Notes under the pieces: generated by a model
Databases searched by the model: none
What the model saw: only the letters and a program-made list of their open reading frames with translations
What the model was told of the DNA's origin: nothing
Program-made: the position numbers and the translations under genes
Shown: in pieces, positions 9,092-18,924 of the stretch
Layout: every line of letters begins with the position of its first letter
Position numbering within the stretch: position 1 is the stretch's first letter
NCBI GenBank assembly: GCA_963697895.1
Contig: OY969100.1
Span: 416,001-480,000 of the forward strand
Length of the DNA: 64,000 nucleotides
From: an uncultured Methanomicrobiales archaeon
GTDB lineage: Archaea > Halobacteriota > Methanomicrobia > Methanomicrobiales > Methanospirillaceae
Direction of reading: 5' to 3'

Positions 9092-10090
9092 CTACTTTTT
9101 TCCTTCTCTCTCCTTATCCGGACCCGTAATCTCATTTACCGTGCAGGTGGATGCACAGCGATCGCAGATCTTCTCATCGCATGGCTCTATATGAATGGTT
9201 ATACTGGTCCGTGGAAATTCGAATTTCAAGTCTGATTCAAGGTGATCGGCGATATCATGTGCTTGCTGAACACTCAGGTTCTTCGGTACGACAAGGTGCA
9301 GATCGATGAAGCGGTCTGGTCCTGAACGACGGGTACGAAGGTCATGAAAATTGCTGTAATCGGTACAGTGTTCGCAGATGATCTGCCGAATCCGCTCTTC
9401 CTCCTGGTCCGGAAGTCTCGTATCGATCAGATCGGCAAGCGAACGCCGGGTGAGATCATAAGCTGTTTTGATGATGATCATTGCGACACCGATAGCAAAT
9501 ATCGGATCGAGTATAGTCAGACCGGTGAGGCGAATTGCGATAAGGCCCGCAAAGACACCAAGAGAGGTAAACACATCGGTCCGGAGATGCCACGCATCGC
9601 TCTCCAGGGCAATGGATTCGGACTCTTTTGCGACTTTCATGAGCCGGGATGATACAAATAAGTTCACCAGGACGGATACTAACATGATTGCAATACCGAT
9701 TCCAATAAGGTTCAGGTCGAGTGTTTCCTCACCATAGATTAGTTTGTTGATCGCTTCGTACAGAATCAGGGCTGCCGCTACAAAGATCAGGGTGGCTTCT
9801 GCGAGTCCGGAGATATCCTCGAACTTTCCATGTCCGAATGCATGGATATTATCGGGAGGTTCACTTGACTTTCGCACGGAGAAATAGGCAATAATCGCCG
9901 CCATCAGGTCGATTCCGGAATGGATCGCTTCCGATATGATACTTACTGATCCGATCCCGATACCAACAACCAGTTTCAGAATGACCAGAAATGTGTTGGA
10001 TGCAACCGACAGGCGGGCGGTTTTCTGTTTTTTCTTATTCAGTTCTGATTCGACAGTCCCTGGCTCCCGCGAGGCACTGGTCATGGTCAT
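9092..10090 (-). CDS. Cation diffusion facilitator (FieF-like) metal efflux protein
   Basis: SEAIHSGID, HAFGHGKFE, DAWHLRTD, IHIEP; Cys-rich C-terminal tail. Confidence 0.93.
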   Translation of the reverse strand: MTMTSASREPGTVESELNKKKQKTARLSVASNTFLVILKLVVGIGIGSVSIISEAIHSGIDLMAAIIAYFSVRKSSEPPDNIHAFGHGKFEDISGLAEATLIFVAAALILYEAINKLIYGEETLDLNLIGIGIAIMLVSVLVNLFVSSRLMKVAKESESIALESDAWHLRTDVFTSLGVFAGLIAIRLTGLTILDPIFAIGVAMIIIKTAYDLTRRSLADLIDTRLPDQEEERIRQIICEHCTDYSNFHDLRTRRSGPDRFIDLHLVVPKNLSVQQAHDIADHLESDLKFEFPRTSITIHIEPCDEKICDRCASTCTVNEITGPDKEREGKK

Positions 10091-10312
10091 GATCTTTTTA
10101 TGTTGGTACTGCCTGATTAAAGGGTTTGTGTTTCAAAGGGCAATCTGAACAGAGTTCTTCCATTTAATCTATTCTCTATATACCGTATATCCACGTGTCC
10201 TTACTCATATCCCTCCGGGATGAGATCTTTCTGTTTTCTTCAAGCCACCCGGGTGCTCGCGGATAAACAGTCCAGAAAACAATTCGGGTGCGGTGCCTGT
10301 TCCGATTTTCCT

Positions 10313-10326
10313 GAAACGCTTATATA
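10313..10326 (+). promoter_or_regulatory. BRE/TATA promoter of the glutaredoxin-FDR genes
   Basis: GAAACGCTTATATA about 50 nt upstream of ATG 10375. Confidence 0.6.
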
Positions 10327-10374
10327 CTTCCCAGTCCTTGGTAAGTCGTACGAATATATTTGAGGAAAAATCCA

Positions 10375-10656
10375 ATGAAGATTGAACATGTCCCGGGATT
10401 GAACAGAGGAAAGATCATCCTTTATGCGCTATCCACCTGCGGATGGTGCGCCAAGACAAAGGCGTTGTTGTCCGAGTTAGGGGTGGATTATTATTTCATC
10501 TATGTGGATCTTCTGCCAGCGGAAGAGATGGACAAAGTAATGGCAGATGTAGAGAAATATAACCCAAAAGGATCCTTTCCCACCCTTGTTATCAATGATT
10601 CGAAATGCATCGTGGGATTCCGCGAGGAAGAGATCAGAGGAGTGCTCGGAGGATGA
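10375..10656 (+). CDS. Glutaredoxin-like protein (methanoredoxin-like)
   Basis: [21 protein letters not shown]; ATGA overlap with the FDR gene. Confidence 0.88.
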   Translation: MKIEHVPGLNRGKIILYALSTCGWCAKTKALLSELGVDYYFIYVDLLPAEEMDKVMADVEKYNPKGSFPTLVINDSKCIVGFREEEIRGVLGG

Positions 10657-11162
10657 ATGCGACGGATATAACCCCCGAATCCGTGGAGCGACGATATAAG
10701 GAATTATTTGAAGAGGCAGAGGCCGGTGGATATCACCTCCATCCGGACGTTCCTTTCGTAAAAAACCTCATCCGCGGCTTGATCGTGAACGAACGCCGGT
10801 ACGGATACCAATCCTGCCCGTGCAGACTTGCATCCGGCAACCGGGCGGATGATCTTGATATTATCTGTCCCTGTGATTATCGGGATCCGGATCTGGATGA
10901 ATACGGGGGATGTTATTGTGCCCTTTATGTGGCAAAAGCGGTCATCACCGGGGATCGAACGCTCGGGTCGATACCGGAACGGCGCCCACCCCGGACCAAG
11001 CGTATGGTATCAGGAAAATTGCTGTCAGAACCTTCGTTATCCCCTCTGTCATACCCGATCTGGCGATGCAGGGTTTGCGGATACATATGCGCCCGTGACG
11101 AACCTCCGCTCCAGTGTCCGATCTGTAAGGTCAGTAAAGACCGCTTTGAGCGTTTTATGTAA
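10653..11162 (+). CDS. Ferredoxin:thioredoxin reductase-like catalytic domain plus C-terminal rubredoxin (ferredoxin:disulfide reductase, FDR)
   Basis: CPCR...CPCD...CYCALY FTR motifs; WRCRVCGY...CPICKV rubredoxin. Confidence 0.9.
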   Translation: MNATDITPESVERRYKELFEEAEAGGYHLHPDVPFVKNLIRGLIVNERRYGYQSCPCRLASGNRADDLDIICPCDYRDPDLDEYGGCYCALYVAKAVITGDRTLGSIPERRPPRTKRMVSGKLLSEPSLSPLSYPIWRCRVCGYICARDEPPLQCPICKVSKDRFERFM

Positions 11163-11244
11163 ATTAATTCTCCTACCGGATATTTTTTTACAGATTTCTG
11201 CCGGAAAGGATAGGACTAAAGTCATCGAAGGTAAACCTTAGATC

Positions 11245-11646
11245 ATGAAAAATAGCCAAAATACCCCTCAATCAGCCGGAAAGACTGCGCATCGCGTCGG
11301 TCCCGAGAAAAATAAATCCCTGCTTATTGAAATTGTTGGCCTGAAAGATTCTTCATGCTCTCCGTTCCCCTGCGATGAAACAAGAAGTTGCGGACTGAAC
11401 CAATGCCATCCCTCGGGAAATCTGGTCACTGCAACCCGGGCATTGACAGACGAGCTGAGAGTTATTCACGGCGACTCCGTTACCGTGAAACTTATACTCG
11501 TGGATAATGGAATGCCCGGACATGTAAGAGATGTTATTGATCGCGAATGTCCCCCGATTCCGTTCATCCTCGTGGAGGGAAAGCTCGTGCCCATGGGAAG
11601 AATATCCCTGCCACAGCTGGAGAAAGAGATCGAAAAATATTTTTGA
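11245..11646 (+). CDS. Cys-rich hypothetical protein, probable thioredoxin-like fold
   Basis: IEIVG...CSPFPC...CGLNQC; C-terminal PFILVEGKLV resembles the thioredoxin cis-Pro strand. Confidence 0.6.
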   Translation: MKNSQNTPQSAGKTAHRVGPEKNKSLLIEIVGLKDSSCSPFPCDETRSCGLNQCHPSGNLVTATRALTDELRVIHGDSVTVKLILVDNGMPGHVRDVIDRECPPIPFILVEGKLVPMGRISLPQLEKEIEKYF

Positions 11647-11691
11647 ACATAATGTTCCCGAGAGGATCGAACCTTTTTTTTATGATCGCGG

Positions 11692-12276
11692 TTATAAAAC
11701 CCGTGAAAGACTACCGGTTGCCAGATCATAATAGAGGCCGTGAACGGTGATCCTTCCTTCATCCACTGCCTCCTTAATGAACGGGTACGTCATCAGGTGT
11801 TCCAGCTGGAGCCGCACATTCTCCTGCTCAATATTACGGTTTCTCTCCCTCGCTTCATCTGGTGTTGCGGGCTTTGAAATCCGGCTGTCCACCCGCGCTT
11901 TCGCTTCCCGTGCATTATTCAACCAGAGAGGGATGTAGGAATCGTTCTTAAGATCTTTGTCAAGCGCTTTGATCGCTCCGCAATCCGAATGCCCGCAAAT
12001 GACAATCTCCTCCACCTTCAGGTGTCTGACCGCATATTCCAGAACGGTGGCAAAATTCCAGTCGTGATTCGGCGCGATATTCCCGATATTACGTTGGATG
12101 AACAACTCGCCGGGGCCGGAACCCGTGATACGTTCCGGGTTCACCCTCGAGTCCGAGCATCCGATCCAGAGCACTTTTGGATTCTGGCCGCTCACCAGTT
12201 CCCGGTATCGCTCTATATTCTCGTGGTAATCAGTCTCCCTGAATCTCAGGTTACCGAGGAGTAAATGCTCAATCAT
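11692..12276 (-). CDS. Beta-class carbonic anhydrase
   Basis: IGCSDSRV, RNIGN, GHSDCGA; ATG at 12276. Confidence 0.95.
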   Translation of the reverse strand: MIEHLLLGNLRFRETDYHENIERYRELVSGQNPKVLWIGCSDSRVNPERITGSGPGELFIQRNIGNIAPNHDWNFATVLEYAVRHLKVEEIVICGHSDCGAIKALDKDLKNDSYIPLWLNNAREAKARVDSRISKPATPDEARERNRNIEQENVRLQLEHLMTYPFIKEAVDEGRITVHGLYYDLATGSLSRVL

Positions 12277-12521
12277 GTTATTCCCACCCAAAATCCTGCA
12301 TCTGATCGCGCAGCAATCCGGTACATTCGTTATGTACGTTCCTATCAATTAAATCTTATTTTCCCCTGCCCGGAACTTTGTCTGCTCACGGCCGGAGAAT
12401 TCTGCCCGATACCGGTTGTATAGGTTCATACCCTTACCCACCAAAAACTTATGAAAATGATGTGAGAGCCGTATAATACCCCTACTCGAAACAAGAGGAT
12501 GGACAATCCTGCTGATGACCT

Positions 12522-13259
12522 ATGACAAATATCCACATGCCGTACCGGTTCTGGGAGATCGATGCCGCCCGGGGCGTTGCAATTGTCATGATGGTCCTCT
12601 TTCACACGTTATTTGACATCAGCTTTCTCGGGATATACCCGGTTCAGGTCTCTACAGGATTCTGGAGATTTTTCGCCGCTGCAACGGCAACCCTGTTTCT
12701 CTTCCTGGTCGGCCTGTCATTTAGTATCAGTGCCGCTCATGCAACAAAACACCTCAGCAGGAGGGAATTTTATCTCAAATTTTTGAAACGGGGATTATTC
12801 ATCTTCTCTCTCGGCATTGCAGCGACGATCGTAACCTGGCTCTATCTGGGGAACGGGTATATCGTCTTTGGTATCCTGCACCTGATCGGTATATCCATCA
12901 TCCTCGCGCCTTTGTTCCACCGGTTTACCTGGATGAATTTGATTGCCGGCTCCGGGATAATTATCCTCGGGGCCTTTATTCAGGGAATTTACGGTCCGAT
13001 CTACCTGGTCTGGCTGGGAATCCACCCGATATCCTTTTATAGTGTCGATTATACGCCACTCATTCCCTGGTTTGGTGTTGTTCTGATAGGTATATTCGCA
13101 GGAAAGATCCTGTATCCTGACGGTCAGAGGACAACTCCTCCCAAAAACAACCCTCATCCTCACGAAAAGGGGCTGATGTTCCTCGGGAGGCATTCACTCC
13201 TCATATACCTGCTTCATCAACCAGTGATAATCCTTATCCTGACGGCGCTGGGTGGCTGA
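12522..13259 (+). CDS. DUF1624 / HGSNAT-domain membrane protein
   Basis: RFWEIDAARGVAIVMMVLFH, FGILHLIG, DYTPLIPW, LGRHSLLIYLLHQP. Confidence 0.85.
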   Translation: MTNIHMPYRFWEIDAARGVAIVMMVLFHTLFDISFLGIYPVQVSTGFWRFFAAATATLFLFLVGLSFSISAAHATKHLSRREFYLKFLKRGLFIFSLGIAATIVTWLYLGNGYIVFGILHLIGISIILAPLFHRFTWMNLIAGSGIIILGAFIQGIYGPIYLVWLGIHPISFYSVDYTPLIPWFGVVLIGIFAGKILYPDGQRTTPPKNNPHPHEKGLMFLGRHSLLIYLLHQPVIILILTALGG

Positions 13260-13373
13260 AGACTCCAATTCAAAGATCCGGATTATCAGTAAAAAAATAG
13301 AAAAAAATAACGCTCTCATTCCTTTTTCTTTGAACCGTTATCCTGCACCCGTGCGTCCGAATCTGCTTAAACA

Positions 13374-15047
13374 TCATTCAGGGGAAAGTATCGGTATATC
13401 CCGGAAGGCATCGACATCATAGGGTCCCCGATCAGTGACGCGGAGATGCGGTATCACCGTAAGGGAGAGGAATGAGAGTTGCATGAAGGGATCCGGGATA
13501 CTGTCCATCCGTTCCGTATGGAGGAGGAGTTCTCTCAGTTGATCGGCAACCTGTTCATACGGATCGACAGACATCAGGCCGGCGCACGCCAGGGGAAGAA
13601 ACGTCCGTTCTCTGCCGGATACGGCTGCCAGTCCGCCCTGTGCCCGGATCACTGCATGCAATGCCTCAATGATATCCCGGTCACTGACACCGACCGCGAT
13701 GATGTTATGCGCGTCATGCGAAACACTTCCAGCAATGGCCCCCCTTACCAGACCAAACCCATGCACAAGACCGAGGCCGATTCGTCCCGGATGGTAGCGA
13801 CTGACCACGACCACCTTGAGGATATCCCGTGAAAGATCCGGGATCTCCTTGGTGTCTATTGTATACGTGAGTTTTTCGGTCACGATTTGATTGGGGATAA
13901 TCCCGATGACATTCGCCTGACCTTGACCGGGAATGTTAATCTGATGCGGATCAGGCGGGTAGCAGCCAAAATGGCATCTCAGCGCTTTGACTGGTTTTAT
14001 CGCCCCTGGAGTAACCGGAATGCCTTTCTTGAATGTTTTTTCTATATGACAACCCGAACGTTCTCTCAAAATACAGAAATCGGCCAGTCTTCCCGGTGCG
14101 ATTGCACCACGATCCGTTAAGCCGAACCGGTCTGATGCAGAAAGCGTGGCCATTCTGAATGCAAGTTCGGGCGAAACCCCGCTGGCGATTGCCTTCCGGA
14201 CACAATCATCTATATGGCCGGCCGCCATCAGCTGAACCACATGCCGGTCATCCGTTGCAAACGAACACCGGCTCACCGTATAGGATGAAATGAGTGGGAT
14301 CAATGCATTCAGATTCCGCTCTGTCGAGCCTTCCCGCAGGAATATATACATCCCCTTTGCCAGTTTTTCCGCGGCTTCGTTGAGCGAGACGGACTCGTGA
14401 TCGCTCTGTATGCCGGATAGTATGTACGCGTTCAGAGCTTTTCCCCGCAGAAAAGGGGCATGTCCGTCGATCACCCTGCTTAACCCTAATTTTTTCCAGA
14501 TCTCAGTGTCCCCCGAGAGGACCCCCGGGACATTCATCATCTCCCCGAGACCGAGCACACCGGGAATACCCATGAAGGGTTCCAGATCTTCGGCATTGAG
14601 GATTCCACCCCCCTGTTCCGTGGGGGTCGCCGGAACACAGGAAGGGAGCATGACAAACAGATCGATCGGAAGATCTTCCCTCTCTCCCAGAAAAAATCTG
14701 ATCCCTTCCGCGCCGCAAACATTGGCGATCTCGTGCGGGTCTGCGATTACCGTGGTCGTACCGTGGCCGATCACCAGCCGTGCATATTCCTGGGGATGTA
14801 AAAGGGAGCTTTCGATATGCACGTGTGCATCGATCAACCCCGGGATTACCGGGGAACCCTGCAGATCATACACCTGACGCCCCGGATATGTACCGGTTCC
14901 GAGGACGATACCATTCTTTACCGCGAAATCCGTGCTTTCCCAATCACCGGTGAATGGGTTGAACAGGTCAGCATTCTGAAACACGATATCTGCCGGATCT
15001 TCACCTTTGGCGGCGGAAACGAGGTTTTTTCGATCGGACACCTTCAT
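13374..15047 (-). CDS. ade: Adenine deaminase
   Basis: PGLIDAHVHIESS, DPHEIANV, GEMMN, SDHES, ATDD, SVSHDAHN. Confidence 0.95.
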   Translation of the reverse strand: MKVSDRKNLVSAAKGEDPADIVFQNADLFNPFTGDWESTDFAVKNGIVLGTGTYPGRQVYDLQGSPVIPGLIDAHVHIESSLLHPQEYARLVIGHGTTTVIADPHEIANVCGAEGIRFFLGEREDLPIDLFVMLPSCVPATPTEQGGGILNAEDLEPFMGIPGVLGLGEMMNVPGVLSGDTEIWKKLGLSRVIDGHAPFLRGKALNAYILSGIQSDHESVSLNEAAEKLAKGMYIFLREGSTERNLNALIPLISSYTVSRCSFATDDRHVVQLMAAGHIDDCVRKAIASGVSPELAFRMATLSASDRFGLTDRGAIAPGRLADFCILRERSGCHIEKTFKKGIPVTPGAIKPVKALRCHFGCYPPDPHQINIPGQGQANVIGIIPNQIVTEKLTYTIDTKEIPDLSRDILKVVVVSRYHPGRIGLGLVHGFGLVRGAIAGSVSHDAHNIIAVGVSDRDIIEALHAVIRAQGGLAAVSGRERTFLPLACAGLMSVDPYEQVADQLRELLLHTERMDSIPDPFMQLSFLSLTVIPHLRVTDRGPYDVDAFRDIPILSPE

Positions 15048-15307
15048 CGTTTATTCATCCCTCCCCTGATTTCTTGTTAATCTTCTCATTGATGGGAATA
15101 AAAAGATATTTTCCCTATTATTACGGATATATGGTCTTCGATATAATGGCCCATTATCAGGACGTCTGATTTTATAGTGAAACTTCCCGGCATTCAGGGC
15201 ATTCCCCGAACCCTGAAAACCGATTCCGATCGTTGATAGATGATGATGGATGGGACGACAGAGTTAAACGCCCCTTGCGCTGGTTCCATAGCAATATATT
15301 TGTCCCT

Positions 15308-15322
15308 TGCTATCGAATAGCA
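15308..15322. promoter_or_regulatory. Candidate operator palindrome upstream of livG
   Basis: TGCTAT-CGA-ATAGCA; the same palindrome recurs upstream of livK. Confidence 0.65.
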
Positions 15323-15341
15323 TGTCAGGAAGTAGCAGGGA

Positions 15342-16076
15342 ATGATTCTGCTGGAAGTGGAGGGGGTCACAAAAAAATTCGGCGGGCTTGTGGCCGTAAA
15401 TAATGTCGATATGACGGTCAGGGAAGGGGAAATACTTGGGCTGGTCGGACCGAACGGCGCCGGCAAGACTACGCTCCTGAACCTGATATCGGGAATCTAC
15501 CACCCGGATACCGGCTCCATCCTTTACCGGGGTGAAGAAATCACCCGGTTAAGCCTGAATAAAATATGTAAGAAAGGAATTGCAAAAACATTCCAGCAGA
15601 CCCATTCCTTCCCCGGTCTTTCGGCAAGAGAGGGTGTGATGATCAGTGCCCTTTTTGGAAACGGTCGAAAAATCAGTATGGGTGAGGCGCGTACAGAAGC
15701 CGCATCATACCTGGAAGATGTCGGGTTTCCGCGGGAGAGGATTGACCTGCCATTGGCAAACCTGAATGTCATCGAGCTCCGGAGGACCCAGCTTGCCCGT
15801 GCCCTGGCATCGAAGCCGAAAATTCTCCTGCTCGACGAACTCCTCACCGGGTTGAACCCGAGCGAAGGGACGGAGGCTATTACCCTGATTAAGCGCCTGC
15901 GGGACACAGGGATCACGATCATCATGATCGAGCACGTGATGCGAGTCATCATGGGCGTATCGGACAGAATGGTTGTTCTGGACAGCGGTGAGAAGATCGC
16001 GGATGGTAATCCTGAAGAGGTAATCAGGGATCCGCGGGTCATCGATTCATACCTCGGCGAACGATACGCCCATTAG
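15342..16076 (+). CDS. livG: Branched-chain amino acid-type ABC transporter ATPase (LivG-like)
   Basis: KFGGLVAV, GPNGAGKTT, LLLDE, IEHVM. Confidence 0.9.
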   Translation: MILLEVEGVTKKFGGLVAVNNVDMTVREGEILGLVGPNGAGKTTLLNLISGIYHPDTGSILYRGEEITRLSLNKICKKGIAKTFQQTHSFPGLSAREGVMISALFGNGRKISMGEARTEAASYLEDVGFPRERIDLPLANLNVIELRRTQLARALASKPKILLLDELLTGLNPSEGTEAITLIKRLRDTGITIIMIEHVMRVIMGVSDRMVVLDSGEKIADGNPEEVIRDPRVIDSYLGERYAH

Positions 16077-16088
16077 GAGGTATTCTTT

Positions 16089-16784
16089 ATGCTCGACATC
16101 CATGGACTGAACGTCTATTACGACAACCTGCAGGTTCTCTGGGACGTTTCACTCCATATCGATCCCGGAGAGATCGTTACCCTCCTCGGTGCGAACGGTG
16201 CGGGCAAGAGTTCCCTTGTTCAGGCAATCTTCGGTCTCACGAAAAGCAGAACAGGGACCATCGAGTTCGAAGGAACCGATATTACTGGTTTGCCGCCATA
16301 TGAAGTGGTAAAACGTGGTCTCAGCCTCGTTCCCGAAAAAAGGGAACTTTTTCCGAAGATGACCGTCCGGGAAAACCTTGACCTCGGGGGATATTCAAGA
16401 GGGGAATATGAGGTGAATTTTGAAGAAATATTCTCCCTTTTTCCGGTCCTCAAGGAGCGGGAAAGGCAACTTGCCGGAACCCTCTCGGGTGGGGAGCAGC
16501 AGATGCTCGCGATTGCCCGGAGCCTCATGGCAAAACCGAAGATACTGGTGTTGGATGAACCCTCACTCGGGCTTTCCCCCTTATTCGTGACGACGGTCCT
16601 GGATACAGTCTCTGTTCTGAACCGTCAGGGGCTGACAATCCTTCTGGTCGAACAGAATGTTCAGCACGCCCTCGAGATCTCACATCGAGGGTATATACTC
16701 GAGAATGGAAGGATCACCCTCGAGGGACTGGCTGCCGATCTCCTCTTGGACGATCACATTAAGAGCGCATATCTCGGGCTGTAA
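16089..16784 (+). CDS. livF: Branched-chain amino acid-type ABC transporter ATPase (LivF-like)
   Basis: GANGAGKSS, LSGGEQQM, LDEPSLGL, VEQN. Confidence 0.92.
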   Translation: MLDIHGLNVYYDNLQVLWDVSLHIDPGEIVTLLGANGAGKSSLVQAIFGLTKSRTGTIEFEGTDITGLPPYEVVKRGLSLVPEKRELFPKMTVRENLDLGGYSRGEYEVNFEEIFSLFPVLKERERQLAGTLSGGEQQMLAIARSLMAKPKILVLDEPSLGLSPLFVTTVLDTVSVLNRQGLTILLVEQNVQHALEISHRGYILENGRITLEGLAADLLLDDHIKSAYLGL

Positions 16785-17022
16785 AGGTCTTTAACCCCTT
16801 TTGCTGTTCCGGGACACATTCTTTCGTACCAATTCACCCGGACAAAAGCCTTACTGATATTGACGATTGAAAATCACCGTCCAATCGGAGAGATCGTGTT
16901 TTTTCGTAAAACCTAAGTATGAAGAACGTTTCAGGGGATATCGTCACAATTAGATTTTTAAAAATATCCTGTAAATTCCCGAAGAAATCTCTTTTTCGGT
17001 GATCTGTGAGTTGAACAGAATA

Positions 17023-17988
17023 TTATCGGTTATCTTTCCTTGCCCTCCATTCTTTGATCCTATCCGGGAGTGAAACCATTCCCTTCGGGAGGAATATGAT
17101 GATAACCACCAGTAGAACACCGATAATGATGAAACGGCCGTAAGAAAGACCGAGTGACTGCAGACTATCCCAGAGGAGCGTGATAACCACGGTTCCGATC
17201 ACCGGTCCGGCGAGAGTCCCGAGGCCCCCTGCGATCGAGTAGATGATCGGCCAGAACGAAATGTCGACGCCAAAGATCTCCGGGGTGATATAACCGAGAT
17301 AGTGAACCTCCAGGGCACCGGCAAGCCCGGCGAAATATGCGCTCACCATAAATGCAAAGAGTTTGTACCGGACCGGGTCAACCCCTGCCGCCCGCGCTTC
17401 GAGTTCGTTTTCCCGGATTGCAGAAAAAGCGAGGCCTATTCGGGAGTTTAAGATGAACATGAACAGGAGGATTACAAGTATGGCGATAAGGAGGATCGAA
17501 TAATATTCGTAGACAAGGTAGTTCGGCACGCTGCTGCTGATCAGTGGGGGCGATGCGACGCCATCCCAGCCCCCGGTGATGGACGCGAACTGGCTCGCCA
17601 CAATGACCTGGATGATGATTGCGAAGCCGAAGGTGACCATGGCGAGGAACCATTCCTTCAGTCGCACGCAGATAATGCCGATGAAAAGGCCGGCCGCGGC
17701 CGCGGCCGCTCCCCCGACAAATATCGTCAGATAAGGAGTGAGTCCGCTCTTAACGGCAACCAGCGTCGAGATATACCCCCCGATACCGAAGAACGCTGCA
17801 TGGCCCAGGGATCCCTGGCCGGTGTAGGTAAGAAAATTCCATGCCGAGGCGAAGATGATGAAGACCAGCATAATGATGAGAACAGTCAGGTAATAGACAT
17901 TGAGTCCGGTTACGAGGGGAATGAGAATGGCGCCTGCCAGTGTCGCCATTATGATATACCAGACCATCCGTCTCCTGTCCATCGCCAT
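17023..17988 (-). CDS. livM: Branched-chain amino acid-type ABC permease (LivM-like)
   Basis: GQGSLGHAAFFGIG, AIRENELEA, GGLGTLAGP. Confidence 0.9.
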   Translation of the reverse strand: MAMDRRRMVWYIIMATLAGAILIPLVTGLNVYYLTVLIIMLVFIIFASAWNFLTYTGQGSLGHAAFFGIGGYISTLVAVKSGLTPYLTIFVGGAAAAAAGLFIGIICVRLKEWFLAMVTFGFAIIIQVIVASQFASITGGWDGVASPPLISSSVPNYLVYEYYSILLIAILVILLFMFILNSRIGLAFSAIRENELEARAAGVDPVRYKLFAFMVSAYFAGLAGALEVHYLGYITPEIFGVDISFWPIIYSIAGGLGTLAGPVIGTVVITLLWDSLQSLGLSYGRFIIIGVLLVVIIIFLPKGMVSLPDRIKEWRARKDNR

Positions 17989-17991
17989 TTC

Positions 17992-18873
17992 CTACTCCCC
18001 CGATTCCCCGAATAACCCGGTGGGCCTGAATATCAGCACGACAATCAGGATGAGGAATGCGATTGCATCCTTCCACGCCCCCCCAATCGTGAATATGGTG
18101 AAATTTTCTGCGATACCGAGGATCAGCCCGGCGATAATTGCCCCCGGAATGCTCCCGAGTCCGCCGATGATCACGATGGCAAATGCCTTGACAGCAGGAA
18201 TCGATCCCATGTACGGGTTGAACACCTGGCCGCTCACGACCCATAGCGTGCCTGCTGCACCGGCAAGCCCCGCCCCGATACCGAAACTGATCATGTCCAT
18301 CTGCTCGACATTGATTCCCATGAGCATGGCTGCTTTCCGGTTCTGGCTTGTGGCCCGGATCGCACGACCAAGAATGGACCTTTTCAGGAAGATATAGAGC
18401 CCCGCGAGGATCCCTGCCGTCATTGCGATGATAATGATATAATCGAGAGGAATCTGCATGCCGCCGATCGGGACCGTGATCGATTCGAAAGGGCTATGGA
18501 TAACCCGCCACTCATCTCCCCAGATCAGGGCGGCTGCGTTTTCCAGGATGTAGATCAGGCCGATACTGATAAATATCTCGTTGAGCTTCCCCGTCCCGAG
18601 TATCGGCCGGAAACAGAGCCGTTCGATGCCCACCCCGACCAGGATCAGTATCGGGATCGAAGCAGCCAGGAGCACGTACGGGTTGAACCCCGAGATCACG
18701 AAGAAGGTGAACGTCACATAGGCCCCTATCATAAGCAACTGCCCGTGGGCAAAGTTCACGACCTTCATCACCCCGAAGATGAGGTTAAGACCGGTCGCAA
18801 GCAGGATATAAATACACCCTGCATACAGTCCCCAGACAGTGACCTGTATGATAATATCAATGCCAACGTCCAT
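17992..18873 (-). CDS. livH: Branched-chain amino acid-type ABC permease (LivH-like)
   Basis: GLNLIFGVMKVVNFAHG, GRAIRATSQN, RPTGLFG. Confidence 0.92.
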   Translation of the reverse strand: MDVGIDIIIQVTVWGLYAGCIYILLATGLNLIFGVMKVVNFAHGQLLMIGAYVTFTFFVISGFNPYVLLAASIPILILVGVGIERLCFRPILGTGKLNEIFISIGLIYILENAAALIWGDEWRVIHSPFESITVPIGGMQIPLDYIIIIAMTAGILAGLYIFLKRSILGRAIRATSQNRKAAMLMGINVEQMDMISFGIGAGLAGAAGTLWVVSGQVFNPYMGSIPAVKAFAIVIIGGLGSIPGAIIAGLILGIAENFTIFTIGGAWKDAIAFLILIVVLIFRPTGLFGESGE

Positions 18874-18924
18874 CGATCAAATCCTGCAGGGAACCCGCGA
18901 TTAAAAAATATGTGGTGATGGATG

